51,752 nt of DNA from a virus, in UHGV virus genome UHGV-0020692, one strand, 5' to 3'. Both the position numbers and the translations under genes were made by a program. Of the stretch, positions 1-9,104 are shown one piece after another (the first letter of the stretch is position 1; each line of letters opens with the position of its first letter). A model generated the notes under the pieces. That model had not been told where the DNA came from. It made no database searches and saw only the letters and a list, made by a program, of their open reading frames with translations.

Positions 1-16
1 ACATCATGGTTGCCAT
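1..16 (-). CDS. 5-prime end of the tail-fibre assembly gene (ATG at 16, RBS AAAGGAG at 23..29). It continues in frame at 51752 only if the molecule is circular.
   Basis: The reverse complement of 1..32 reads ctaAAAGGAGattgatATGGCAACCATGATGT. Joining the trailing T to the last two bases of the window gives TAC, then ATG TTC GAC..., in frame with the 51199..51750 ORF. Confidence 0.45.
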
Positions 17-56
17 ATCAATCTCCTTTTAGGGGTAGTGGTTAGAGATAGACGAA

Positions 57-77
57 AGTTTTTCCGAAATTGGGGGC
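57..77. repeat. Left arm of an exact 21-bp inverted repeat (agtttttccgaaattgggggc), candidate inversion crossover site
   Basis: Exact reverse complement of 610..630. Lies inside the FFRNWG codons of the silent cassette. Confidence 0.8.
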
Positions 78-352
78 CTGACCAATCAGAGCGCCCTTCG
101 GGAAGCTGGCAAGGGGATGCCTTGCAGGGGCACTGGCATTCCATCACGGATAGCGAGGGGCGTAAGTTTGCAGGCTATACAACTGGTGGGAATGGGCCTG
201 GTTGGGGAGCAGGATATGGAAATATCCAAGTGCAAGCTAGGGCCATAATCTCTGCTGGTGGATACGGCTTGCCCCGAGTTGCTACAGAAAACCGCCCCGT
301 GAATATTTCCCAGCCGGTCTGCTTGTACCTAGGCAGGCCTACCCAAGTATAG
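59..352 (+). CDS. Start-less alternative tail-fibre C-terminal cassette (FFRNWG...CLYLGRPTQV) in inverted orientation
   Basis: Open frame with no plausible start or RBS. Shares the FFRNWG junction and the LYLGRP C-terminus with the expressed fibre tip on the opposite strand. Confidence 0.6.
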   Translation, partial: FFRNWGPDQSERPSGSWQGDALQGHWHSITDSEGRKFAGYTTGGNGPGWGAGYGNIQVQARAIISAGGYGLPRVATENRPVNISQPVCLYLGRPTQV

Positions 353-1384
353 GATGGCGGGCTGCCATACATGGGGCGGGACAAATTCAGCGCCAGCATG
401 TTCGCCCCATACTGTTGCGGCATCAAAATTCAGCACAATTTGGTGGTGGGCTTGTCCTTCAGCAACTGCAACAGGAGGTCGCTGTGTGGTTTTCGAGAAA
501 CAACCTGAGGTGATGCCGCCGGAAGTTGTTCCCAAAAGGTAGTCAACTTGTCCAGTTAGATTGCGTCCACTGTCAGGCGACCATGCACCAGGTACTTTTC
601 CACTACCCAGCCCCCAATTTCGGAAAAACTGCCCGCTTAGGTTGGGCGTGTACAATCCTGTGGGGTTAGCGGCGTCCGGCCGCCATTTGCCCAGGTTGGC
701 CGCTTTTGTCTTGCTGTCGGCATCCCAGGGGAGCAGCATCCCCTCAAAGCCACCGGCATCATAGACCTGTTCCAGTTGTGGCCAGTCCGCGAACTCAACA
801 AAATCCCCGTTCGCCCAACAGTGGTTGGGGGGGAGCGTCGTGCTGCGCCAGTACCGGGGCACCCCGATCCATGAGGGGTCTAGCGTTGCCGCACTCAATA
901 TCCCGGAAGAGTCGATAAAAACTGTCTCCCCGTCAGGCTGGACTACCCCGGGGCTAGACGACGTGGCCAGAGGTGCGCCATACGCCAGAGTAGCCGCCAG
1001 CCAGGTGCCGGACTCGTCCCCCACGGGATTGACCGCGGGGGCGCTGGGCACGTCTGGCCCGCTGCTTTTCTGGGCGATGTATTCCTTGCCGTCACTGCCC
1101 AGGACGTGGGCCCCCACCAGATAGTCAAGAGACGCGCTCCACGGGTAGAGGCTGCCGGACTGCAGAAAGAACAGATGCTGCCCGATCAGGTTGAACACGC
1201 CGTTAAAGTCCTGGCGCGAGGGGGCTATCCCCCCTGCCGTCAGGGGGAACCCGGTAATGGCCGGGAACCCGGCCTGATACGAGAAAGCCCCGCTGCCGCT
1301 GGGCGTCGTGGCCGGTATGGAATTAAGGTCAGCCGCGTACCCCAGCACATTGGCGAGCAGGTCTGGGCTAGAGGGAATAGGCAT
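329..1384 (-). CDS. Tail fibre protein: constant N-terminal part (1384..631) plus variable receptor-binding tip (609..329)
   Basis: ATG at 1384 (MPIPSSPDLL). Gly/Ser-rich fibre-like sequence. The inverted-repeat arm sits inside the FFRNWG codons. Confidence 0.7.
   Translation of the reverse strand: MPIPSSPDLLANVLGYAADLNSIPATTPSGSGAFSYQAGFPAITGFPLTAGGIAPSRQDFNGVFNLIGQHLFFLQSGSLYPWSASLDYLVGAHVLGSDGKEYIAQKSSGPDVPSAPAVNPVGDESGTWLAATLAYGAPLATSSSPGVVQPDGETVFIDSSGILSAATLDPSWIGVPRYWRSTTLPPNHCWANGDFVEFADWPQLEQVYDAGGFEGMLLPWDADSKTKAANLGKWRPDAANPTGLYTPNLSGQFFRNWGLGSGKVPGAWSPDSGRNLTGQVDYLLGTTSGGITSGCFSKTTQRPPVAVAEGQAHHQIVLNFDAATVWGEHAGAEFVPPHVWQPAILYLGRPA
610..630. repeat. Right arm of the exact 21-bp inverted repeat
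   Basis: Reverse complement of 57..77. Confidence 0.8.
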
Positions 1385-2093
1385 CTTGCGGTCCTCCGGG
1401 GGCGAAATTGCCCTGGTCAAAGGGTTGCAGGCCAGAGCCGTCAAAGCCGAACGTCTCGGCGCGGTTGACCTCGTACAGATCGAAGCCCACGCCCGCGGGC
1501 TTGGGCGGTACGTCATCACGAGCGATCAGCGCACGCTCGAACGGCTGTAAATAGAAGCCGAAGAAAAACCGGATGCGCATGGTGCCCACATGGATCACGC
1601 AGACCGTGCCGCGGGAGCCGTACATCGTATGCATGATGCGGTTAAGGCTGGCCAGCGTCCCGTCACTGACATTGATGGCGGCCTTGAGGAAGATCAGCTG
1701 CCGGTAGGCCTCGTCCGTCAGGCGGTAGTAGGACGTGGCGTCCGAGCTCCAGAACGGCGCCTGGTCGAACGGCTCCAGACCGGAGCCGTCAAAGCCGAAC
1801 GCCGTGTTGGTGCCAGCCAGCTGGATGTCGCGGCTGATGCCCACGATCTGGCCCCAGCAGTCCAGGCCCCAGCCTGTGGCCGTGCGCGGATCGAAGACCT
1901 CCGTCAAAAATTCCTGGATGTCCCAAAAAGGATCTATCTGACCTTCCAGACCAGCCAGCAACGCGCACAGACGGGGGGAATTGTCGTACTGTGAGATGAC
2001 CGTGGACGGCCAGAGCTGCCCCCGGCGGATATCCGGCAGCTCCCGAATATCGCCTGCCGCCCGAAAATCAATGATATTCCAGCGGATAGCCAT
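1368..2093 (-). CDS. Phage tail/baseplate-associated protein (DUF2612-like)
   Basis: ATG at 2093 (MAIRWNIIDF). Lies between two fibre genes. Contains repeated FGFDGSGL(E/Q)PFDQ motifs. Confidence 0.45.
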   Translation of the reverse strand: MAIRWNIIDFRAAGDIRELPDIRRGQLWPSTVISQYDNSPRLCALLAGLEGQIDPFWDIQEFLTEVFDPRTATGWGLDCWGQIVGISRDIQLAGTNTAFGFDGSGLEPFDQAPFWSSDATSYYRLTDEAYRQLIFLKAAINVSDGTLASLNRIMHTMYGSRGTVCVIHVGTMRIRFFFGFYLQPFERALIARDDVPPKPAGVGFDLYEVNRAETFGFDGSGLQPFDQGNFAPGGPQDAYSL

Positions 2094-2103
2094 GCCGCCC
2101 CCC

Positions 2104-2733
2104 CTAGTCCTTACTGATATAGGACAAAGGGGACGCGACAAATCCGGCCAGGTCAGGAGTACCGTTACTGCCATCGCAGGCCTTGTAGCCGGACGGTGGC
2201 GTCGTTCCGTCATAGAGGGCGATCAGCCCGGCGGGCACACTGCCCCCTTGCTCCAGGGCCGTGACCTGCTCCTGCAGGCTGGTGATACTACTGCCCTGGC
2301 TGCTGGTGGTGCTCTGCAGGCCCTGCACGTCCGTTTGCAGGGTGCTGATGGAGCTCCCCTGCTGGCTGGTCAGGGTCTGGAGCGCGCCCACGGCGCTTTC
2401 CACGGTCCCCACACGGCCGGACACACTGGACAGCGTGCTGCTCAGATCACTGATCTGCTGTCCCTGCTGGCTCAACTCGGTGGTGTTGGCGGCCACAGTG
2501 GCCTCGATGGTGGCGCAACGCTGCTGCAATGCCGCAATGGCGGCCGCATTGGCCTGGGTCGTGGCGGTCAGGGCGGTCACGGACTGCTGGAGCTGGGTCA
2601 GCTGTGCGGAGACGGACGACAACTGCCCCTGAAACTCGGCCTGCAACGCCTCGAAAAAGGCCACGGTCTGGGCCTCGAAACTGGCACCGGAGAGCGGGCC
2701 GCTGGCGGGCTGATAGGAAAAAACGATCGGCAT
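2104..2733 (-). CDS. Tail fibre protein with a Ser/Thr/Gln-rich coiled-coil shaft
   Basis: RBS AGGAG then ATG at 2733. Heptad-like QLTQLQQSV... repeats. Stop/start coupling with the upstream J-like gene. Confidence 0.6.
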   Translation of the reverse strand: MPIVFSYQPASGPLSGASFEAQTVAFFEALQAEFQGQLSSVSAQLTQLQQSVTALTATTQANAAAIAALQQRCATIEATVAANTTELSQQGQQISDLSSTLSSVSGRVGTVESAVGALQTLTSQQGSSISTLQTDVQGLQSTTSSQGSSITSLQEQVTALEQGGSVPAGLIALYDGTTPPSGYKACDGSNGTPDLAGFVASPLSYISKD

Positions 2734-2736
2734 GGC

Positions 2737-3981
2737 TTACTCCTGCACGGTGACGGTGATGTTGTCCGCCGTCAGGCTGGGATACTGGGCGTTCGTCAGC
2801 TGCACCACATTGCCCAGCGGGCCGCCTTCCGGCCCGATCTGCACGCCCACCAGCTGGGTGGCCCCGGCGCTGATGGCCGGGCAGAAAAAGCGGCTGGCGT
2901 AGACCAGGGCGCCGATGGGGATCCGCGTCACCTGGGCATCGTGGGCCGTGCCGTCCCCGGCGTTGGGATAGGGCTCCCCGTAAAAATCGGCCAGGATGTT
3001 GCTTTTGACGCGGGCGGCCACGTCCGAGGGCGTGGTGGCGTTTTTCTGGAGCGTGACCTCGATGGCGAACGGATATTCCTCCGGACGCTGGAATTTTACC
3101 GTCTCCACCGCGCCGGTCACGGGGTCCATGTACTCCACACCGGTGTCGCCGTTGTAATCGCAGCCCCCGGACACACTGTTGTAGATGGCCTCGGCGATCT
3201 CGGCGTCAGCACCGCCCAGCACGGCGATATAGATGGAATGCGGGGCCAATGTGACGCCGTTGTCCTCCACGGGCGCGTCGGTGCGATTCTGCCGCGCCAG
3301 CAGGTCGATGACGCCCGGCAGGTTGCCCACACGGGCATAGACGCTGGAGAGCATGGACCGCGAGTTGAGGGCTACGGACTGGCGGCGGCGCGTCTCGAAC
3401 GCCTGACGGCCTTCCGTGCTGCGGCCCGTGACGCCCGGATCGGGGTTGTCCACGGTGTCCCATCCCGGCTGGGCCTGCACGATGGTGGTGACGGCGTGGG
3501 CCTCGATTACGACAGGGCCGGGCTCCTGGGCCGCGAACGGCAGCGTGATGGAGCCGCCGGCGGGGATGGTGCCGCCCGTTTGGCAGACCAGCACCGTGCC
3601 GTCCGCCGTCCTCACCCGTGCCGGGGCCACGCTGGTGTCCTGTCCCTCGATGACCGTCCCGGGCAGGCCCGTGCATACCACCTGTACGGTGGTGGCCTGG
3701 GCCGTCTGGCGCGTGATAAAATAGATGGCCGCAAGGGCATCCTGCCATACGCCGCTGGCCGTGGCCGGGTTGAACATGTTCGCCAGGAAAAGCATCTGGC
3801 TGTTTTTGTCCTGTACAATGGCCGCCAGGCTGGCCATGAGCTGCCCCTGCGGCGTAGCCGGGTCCGGGTTCAGCTTGTTGTCGAACGCGGCCTGCCATAT
3901 GTCCTGCTGCACCTGGAGAACGTCGGCGCTGTCGGGCGCCACAGGTCCCAGGTCGGTGTATTCGATGCTAGACTGCGACAT
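2737..3981 (-). CDS. Baseplate J-like protein (Mu gp47 / P2 gpJ family)
   Basis: 414 aa. Placed between gpW-like and fibre genes. RBS GAAGGGGAAG. Confidence 0.8.
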   Translation of the reverse strand: MSQSSIEYTDLGPVAPDSADVLQVQQDIWQAAFDNKLNPDPATPQGQLMASLAAIVQDKNSQMLFLANMFNPATASGVWQDALAAIYFITRQTAQATTVQVVCTGLPGTVIEGQDTSVAPARVRTADGTVLVCQTGGTIPAGGSITLPFAAQEPGPVVIEAHAVTTIVQAQPGWDTVDNPDPGVTGRSTEGRQAFETRRRQSVALNSRSMLSSVYARVGNLPGVIDLLARQNRTDAPVEDNGVTLAPHSIYIAVLGGADAEIAEAIYNSVSGGCDYNGDTGVEYMDPVTGAVETVKFQRPEEYPFAIEVTLQKNATTPSDVAARVKSNILADFYGEPYPNAGDGTAHDAQVTRIPIGALVYASRFFCPAISAGATQLVGVQIGPEGGPLGNVVQLTNAQYPSLTADNITVTVQE

Positions 3982-4315
3982 TGAGGTCTTCCCCTTCGTC
4001 CGTGGTCACGCGGATGCGCCCGTGCAGGGTGCGCGCGGCAAATTCCGTCAGCTCCACCGTGGCGGCGGCCACGCCAGGCACCTGCATGGCCCGGCGCACG
4101 GCCCGCTCCCGCACCAGTTCCGCGGGCGGCAGGCTGCCCAGCTCATTCACGAGGTAGGGCACGCCGTCCTCGGCGGCATACCAGGGCTCGCCGTAGAACG
4201 TCCGTTCATAACAGGCCACGTCCTGCGCGATGCGCTCCGGCCCGCTCACGACGGCCAGATTGCCGCCGGGCGTTAACATGAGGTCCCATTCCCCGGAAAG
4301 TGCCAGGCTGTCCAT
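3968..4315 (-). CDS. Baseplate protein, GPW/gp25-like
   Basis: About 115 aa. RBS AGGAGG then ATG (MDSLALSGEWD). Position between the spike and J genes. Confidence 0.7.
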   Translation of the reverse strand: MDSLALSGEWDLMLTPGGNLAVVSGPERIAQDVACYERTFYGEPWYAAEDGVPYLVNELGSLPPAELVRERAVRRAMQVPGVAAATVELTEFAARTLHGRIRVTTDEGEDLNVAV

Positions 4316-4325
4316 GATCCGCCTC

Positions 4326-5072
4326 CTACTGCGGTTGACCGGTGCTGCCGCTGCCGGGCTGCACACCGGCATGCGTGTGCTGCGTCTGGCTGATGCCGCC
4401 GGCCACCTGGTCGCCTGAACTCTCGACGCTGCCGTTGATCCGCATGTCGGCGTTCATGGTGGCCGTGGCCCCATCGCCATCCCCGAAAACGAGCGACGGG
4501 GTATGATGCACCTCGGTGGGGGACGTGCTCTCGATGCCCGCCGGGGCCGTGATGGTCAGCTTGCCGCCCTTGAGCTCCAGTTTGCCGCCCTGGCCGTCGT
4601 CCAGGGTGATGCCTGTATCGTCCACCATGACGTAGCGCTGCGGGGTCCCGTTGAGGAATCCGCCCAGGTAGAAGCCGTCGCCCTTGCTGTAGGTACGGGC
4701 GCTGCCCGGGTTGGCGGGTTTGCCGTCGCGGTTGGCTTTGATGGCCTCGGTGTCGCGCATGGCGTAGACGGCGAGGCCCATGTCGCCCGGCTTGGGGTCC
4801 ACGATAACGGCATTCTCGCCGCCCTGGATGCGCAGGTACGGCAATTGAAAAAGCTCGCTCTGTTCCATGCCGTCGCCCGCACCCGTTACCAGGTTGACCA
4901 CAGGCTGGACGCTCACCATACCCACCGGCCCCACGGCGCCGGGCTGCACGCTTACCACGCGCACGGGCTCGGCCGTGTTGATCTTGCGCAGGGTCTGCTG
5001 GATCTGGAACTCCTGGGCGTTGTAGCCGCTGGCCCCGGTGGTGAAATCCTGTTGCCCCTTGATCTCGCTCAC
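4326..5072 (-). CDS. Baseplate spike, P2 gpV / Mu gp45-like
   Basis: GTG start at 5072 overlapping the upstream stop (GTGA). Spike-like sequence in the baseplate order. Confidence 0.65.
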   Translation of the reverse strand: MSEIKGQQDFTTGASGYNAQEFQIQQTLRKINTAEPVRVVSVQPGAVGPVGMVSVQPVVNLVTGAGDGMEQSELFQLPYLRIQGGENAVIVDPKPGDMGLAVYAMRDTEAIKANRDGKPANPGSARTYSKGDGFYLGGFLNGTPQRYVMVDDTGITLDDGQGGKLELKGGKLTITAPAGIESTSPTEVHHTPSLVFGDGDGATATMNADMRINGSVESSGDQVAGGISQTQHTHAGVQPGSGSTGQPQ

Positions 5073-5980
5073 TTTTTGGCGTCCTTCTTGGCGTCGCTCT
5101 TTTGCTGGTTGGGATACGTCGCGTTGAAACTGGTCTCCCAGGCCGATGCCCCCGCGTAATTGGCTTGCAGCTTGTGACTCAGGCTCGTGACGCGCCACAG
5201 GCCGCCGGCCTTTGGGACCATGCTCTCGATACGCACCGGACCGCCCAGCATGAGGCGCGGTTCATACAGACAGCGCCCCACCACGCCCTTGGCGTCGAAT
5301 CCGGGGAAGCCGATCAGGCCCGTCCTGTCCCTGAGCACCGGCGTGCTGCCCTGGGCGTCATCCTGGCGCAGTTTGCCGCGCGGAGCGGCGATCATCTCCC
5401 CATCGTCCAGGATCAGGTCGATGCGGGCCTCGTCCGCCAGCTGTCGGGCCTGCTCCATGGGACCGCCCATCAGGGCGATGTTGCGCACCGTCACGGACAC
5501 ACCGCGATTGACGAAGGCGAACCCCATCTGCTTTGCGAGCCCCGACAGCAGCGTGGCCACGTCCTGCGCACCGGCCGCCGTCAGCGTTTTGGCCGGGGTC
5601 ACGCTGGCCACATAGCCGGTGATGGCCGTGACCTCGAACACGCTGGAAGCATCGGCATTGAACCGGGGCACCGCGCTGGTGATGTCGCCCACGAAAGCCT
5701 GCGTCATGCCGTCGGCATCGCCGGCCATGAGGACCAGACGATTTTTTTTGACCGCCAGCGGGTCGAAGGCCAGCGTGGTCAACACCTGCATGTCGTCCAG
5801 GGGCAGGTTGAAGATCTTCAGCGCACACTTGGGCTTTTCCTTGCCACCTGGTTTGCTGATCTCGGCGTCCATGCCCAGGCGCACCACCTTGGTGTTGGCG
5901 GCTTCTCCCGTTCCGGGGTTGAACCCGCCCTCGGCCAGCGTAATGCGGGCCTCCAGCATTTTTTTGGTGAAACTGCTCAC
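5069..5980 (-). CDS. Baseplate hub / late-control gpD-like tail protein
   Basis: GTG start at 5980 overlapping the upstream stop. About 300 aa. Located between the tape-measure-proximal genes and the spike. Confidence 0.55.
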   Translation of the reverse strand: MSSFTKKMLEARITLAEGGFNPGTGEAANTKVVRLGMDAEISKPGGKEKPKCALKIFNLPLDDMQVLTTLAFDPLAVKKNRLVLMAGDADGMTQAFVGDITSAVPRFNADASSVFEVTAITGYVASVTPAKTLTAAGAQDVATLLSGLAKQMGFAFVNRGVSVTVRNIALMGGPMEQARQLADEARIDLILDDGEMIAAPRGKLRQDDAQGSTPVLRDRTGLIGFPGFDAKGVVGRCLYEPRLMLGGPVRIESMVPKAGGLWRVTSLSHKLQANYAGASAWETSFNATYPNQQKSDAKKDAKK

Positions 5981-6318
5981 AGTATCGTCCCTTCGCGGTA
6001 GGCGTCGGCCTCGGCCGGGCTCATGTAGAGCAGCTTCCAGCGGTTCCCGAGCCCGGACCAGTGCGGGGCCTCGTCGCCCTCCATGTCGATGAAAACGAGC
6101 TGCCCGGTCATGCCCAGCCACGCATAGAGCGGCATGGGCAGGCCGTCGAGGCACGGGCAGCCGTAAAACACGGGCTCCTGGTCGATGCTCAGGTCACAAA
6201 ACAGCGTCTCCACGCCATCCGACAAACTGCGGGTATAGAGGCGCAAGGAACAGTTCTGGCCCTCCAGCACCACCTGGAGCGTCTGGTTGCCCGTGGCGCG
6301 CAACGGTATTTCCTGCAT
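5977..6318 (-). CDS. Hypothetical phage tail/baseplate protein (114 aa)
   Basis: G-rich RBS then ATG at 6318 (MQEIPLRATG). Confidence 0.5.
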   Translation of the reverse strand: MQEIPLRATGNQTLQVVLEGQNCSLRLYTRSLSDGVETLFCDLSIDQEPVFYGCPCLDGLPMPLYAWLGMTGQLVFIDMEGDEAPHWSGLGNRWKLLYMSPAEADAYREGTIL

Positions 6319-6328
6319 GGTGCCCCCC

Positions 6329-6895
6329 CTAGTTAAAGACCCCGGAGAGCAGGGAGTCGTGCTTTTTGCCCCACCTGCCCTGGGTGGCCGCGTCCGCCTG
6401 CTGGGCGGACTGCTTGCCCGCCTCGGTCGTTTTGCTGTCGGCGGCCTGCTTGGCTTTGGGGATCTTTTCGTTGCTGTATTCCTGGGCCACCTGCCTGATC
6501 TCCACGAGGGAGAGGGAGACCAGCAGGCGATCCACACCGCTGTCCGCGCTGCGCTGGTAGTCGTAGGACTCCAGCGTGTAGTCCAGCAGCGTTTTTTCCG
6601 GCGTCGCGATACTGACGAGGTCGGTGGAGCTTTTGAGCTTCTCCAGGGCCTCCAGGGTGCGCCCCAGCGTCTCGCTGTTGCCGGTGACGCCCAGCACCAC
6701 GCCAACGGTGCCCGGGCTGTCCACCTTGTTATAGGCAAAAAAGCCGTTGGGCTCCGTGGGATGCGACGTGACTTTGCCTTCGTCCTTGCGGGTCATGGCG
6801 AAGAACGTGTCAAACGGCACGGCCGCGGCTCCGTCCTTGTCGTAGATGGACCAGTTGCCCGCTATGCCCTGCCCCAGCACACTGAAAATGCTCAT
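6329..6895 (-). CDS. Phage tail protein (189 aa) downstream of tape measure
   Basis: ATG at 6895 immediately after the tape-measure stop (TAGcATG). Confidence 0.5.
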   Translation of the reverse strand: MSIFSVLGQGIAGNWSIYDKDGAAAVPFDTFFAMTRKDEGKVTSHPTEPNGFFAYNKVDSPGTVGVVLGVTGNSETLGRTLEALEKLKSSTDLVSIATPEKTLLDYTLESYDYQRSADSGVDRLLVSLSLVEIRQVAQEYSNEKIPKAKQAADSKTTEAGKQSAQQADAATQGRWGKKHDSLLSGVFN

Positions 6896-6896
6896 G

Positions 6897-8477
6897 CTAT
6901 ACCCCGTTGGCGCCATCCGCCTGCGCGACCTGGTTTTGCAGCGCCCCGGAAAAATCACGGGCGATGCCCGGGGCGTCGGTGGCCTGCGTATTGATCGTGA
7001 CCTGGGAAACGTTGGTTGTGACGCTGCGGTTGTTCGTCACATTGCCGCCTGCCGGTCTGGCCGCATCCCCGGCGCGATAGTTGGTAGCCGGGGGCGCGGC
7101 GGCAGCCGCCGGCGGTGCCGCCTTCCTGGCCCTGTCGCGGGCTGCCACCCTCCTGGACGCGGCCGTCGCGACGGCCATGGGATCGTCGGGGTCTTCCACG
7201 TCCCCCTCGTACCCACCCTGCGCCAGGAGTTGGGAACCTCCGGCCCCCTGGAGCCCCTTGAGCCAGCCGGGCATCTCGCCCTTGCCGGTGATGAAATCCC
7301 AGAGGTCCGCCAGTGCGTCGATCAGGTCGCGCACGGTTTGGCGCACGGCCTCGATGCTCTCATTCGTCATGCCGAAAAATCGCATGATCCGCTCCAGCGC
7401 GGAATCCCCGCCGGAAACGAACGCCCACAAATCGTCGAACGCCGCTCCCAGCGCCAGGGCTCCCAGGATGAGCGGCGCGAACGGCCACAACGCTGCGGCC
7501 GCTGCCGTCGCCATACCCCACAGGGCGGGGGTGAGTTTCACTGCTATGGCCGCGGCCAGTGCCGTGATGAGCACCAGCAGGGAGTCCTCGTTTTCCCGCA
7601 CCCAGGTGGAGACCTTCCCGGCCTTCTCCGCCAGCCAGTCGAACGCAGGCCCCAACGCCCGCAGAATGGCCCCGGAGACGGCATTGTAGACGTAGGTGAC
7701 GCCCTGCCAGGCCTCGCGCATCCTGCGGGCATTCTCGGCGTCCCGCTTGGTGTAGAGCGCCTGCTCCTTGCCTACCTTGATATATTCCTCGATGGCCTTG
7801 CGGCCTTTGAGGATCAGGGGCGTGGTTTTTTCGTCGAAGCCGATCTGCTGGAGCCACGAGGTCGCCTGCTGGCGGTCCATCTTGCCCACGGTATCGGCCA
7901 GGCGCATGAGGCCTTCCTCCATGGAGACCGTGGCGCCCTTGGCGGTCTTGAAACTGGTCTTGGTCTTCTCGGCGAAGTCTTTGAGCGGCCCGGCGTCGTT
8001 GACGTTCAGATCCGTCATCCAGTCGCCCAGATCCATGAACCGGTCGCGCACGTCCTCGGCTTCCAGTCCGGCCTGTTTGGCGGCATAGGCCCAGCCCTGC
8101 CACTCCTCCATGCTCATGCCCAGCATGTCGCTGGTCTTTTCGATCTCGGCCACGGCCTGCACATAGCCCGAGACCGTGGACTGTATGGCCGCCAGGCCGC
8201 CCAGGGTGGCGGCCACCTTGCCGAGCGTGCCCAGCAGACCATCGAACCCGCGTTCCCCGCGCTCGGCGGCCTGCTGCATGGACTTCCCGGCTTCCCGGGC
8301 CTTGCCGCCCAGGTCGTCGGCCTTGTCCGCGGCTTTGTCCATGCCCCTGGCGGCCTTGTCCGTGGCCTCCTTCGAGGTCGTGCCCAGCTTGTCCAGTTCC
8401 CCCTGGGCATCCTGGACACGCTCCCGGAATCCCAGGCTATCGAGCACGAGTTTGACGACGAGTTCACGGACGGTCAT
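6897..8477 (-). CDS. Tail tape measure protein
   Basis: RBS GGGAGA then ATG at 8477. Ala/Gly-rich with a hydrophobic middle. Sits after the G/GT chaperones. Confidence 0.7.
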   Translation of the reverse strand: MTVRELVVKLVLDSLGFRERVQDAQGELDKLGTTSKEATDKAARGMDKAADKADDLGGKAREAGKSMQQAAERGERGFDGLLGTLGKVAATLGGLAAIQSTVSGYVQAVAEIEKTSDMLGMSMEEWQGWAYAAKQAGLEAEDVRDRFMDLGDWMTDLNVNDAGPLKDFAEKTKTSFKTAKGATVSMEEGLMRLADTVGKMDRQQATSWLQQIGFDEKTTPLILKGRKAIEEYIKVGKEQALYTKRDAENARRMREAWQGVTYVYNAVSGAILRALGPAFDWLAEKAGKVSTWVRENEDSLLVLITALAAAIAVKLTPALWGMATAAAAALWPFAPLILGALALGAAFDDLWAFVSGGDSALERIMRFFGMTNESIEAVRQTVRDLIDALADLWDFITGKGEMPGWLKGLQGAGGSQLLAQGGYEGDVEDPDDPMAVATAASRRVAARDRARKAAPPAAAAAPPATNYRAGDAARPAGGNVTNNRSVTTNVSQVTINTQATDAPGIARDFSGALQNQVAQADGANGV

Positions 8478-9092
8478 GGAATTTCTCCCATTGGGCGCGG
8501 TTATGGGCATCCACGCGGGCTATCTCATAGAGATCAAGAGCATCGCCCAGGCTGTAATGGCATTGCATGTCATGGAGCGACGCCATCCCGCGTGCGATGG
8601 GCACGGCTATGCAGGCCGGGAGGGCTTCGTAGTCCCGGAGGTCAGGCGGTCTGCGGCTGTTGTCAGGCGGGAGTACAGCCCACCGTCCCTGCCGAAAAAA
8701 TCGAAACACACCTCCAGCACACCGGCACGCAGGCGCAACAGCGTGCTCATGTCCTGGATATGGGCGTCCACGTTGGCGGGGTTGAGCTGCACCCGTGCGG
8801 CGGGCGTGGACGGATCAGGGACGCGGTACACGCAGCCCAGGAGCTCGTCGTAGAGCGGCTCCACCAGCTCCCAGCTGATGCCGCCCAGGCCCGAGGCCAC
8901 GGCCTGGGCCAGGGCAACGGCGTTGCTGCCCCTGGCCTGCTCGGCAATGTCGGCGGGAAGGTTGCCGTTGAACAGGGCCAGCATGGCCCGGGCGGACCAC
9001 TTCTCCAGCTTGCTCGCGGGCATTTCCCGGACGACGAACGTTTTCCCCTGGTCTCGGCCACTCTCGATAGTGATGATTTTCTCGCTGAGCAT
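8464..9092 (-). CDS. Tail assembly chaperone G (8607..9092) and its -1 frameshift extension GT (to 8464)
   Basis: RBS TAAGGGAG then ATG at 9092. Overlapping -1 frame ORF reached at the T_TTT_TTC site. Classic placement before the tape measure. Confidence 0.6.
8694..8700 (-). other. Slippery heptamer T_TTT_TTC for a programmed -1 frameshift
   Basis: Zero frame gaT TTT TTC Ggc (DFFG). The -1 frame reads TTT TTT CGG (FFR), continuing the 8464..8709 ORF. Confidence 0.5.
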
Positions 9093-9104
9093 GACAAAAC
9101 TCCC

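Noticed and set aside
57-630. Serine invertase adjacent to the invertible segment
   Set aside because: Only about 40 bp separate the left repeat arm from the Tfa start. No ORF with an N-terminal GYVRVS-type resolvase motif exists in any frame of the window.
3206-3898. 230-aa minus-strand ORF (Gly/Arg/His-rich) inside the J gene in another frame
   Set aside because: Alternative-frame artefact of GC-rich coding DNA.
1981-3984. 667-aa plus-strand ORF antisense to the baseplate J and W genes
   Set aside because: Gly/Arg/Ala/Leu-rich low-complexity translation typical of the antisense frame of GC-rich genes. No RBS. The minus-strand genes have clear homology and translational coupling.
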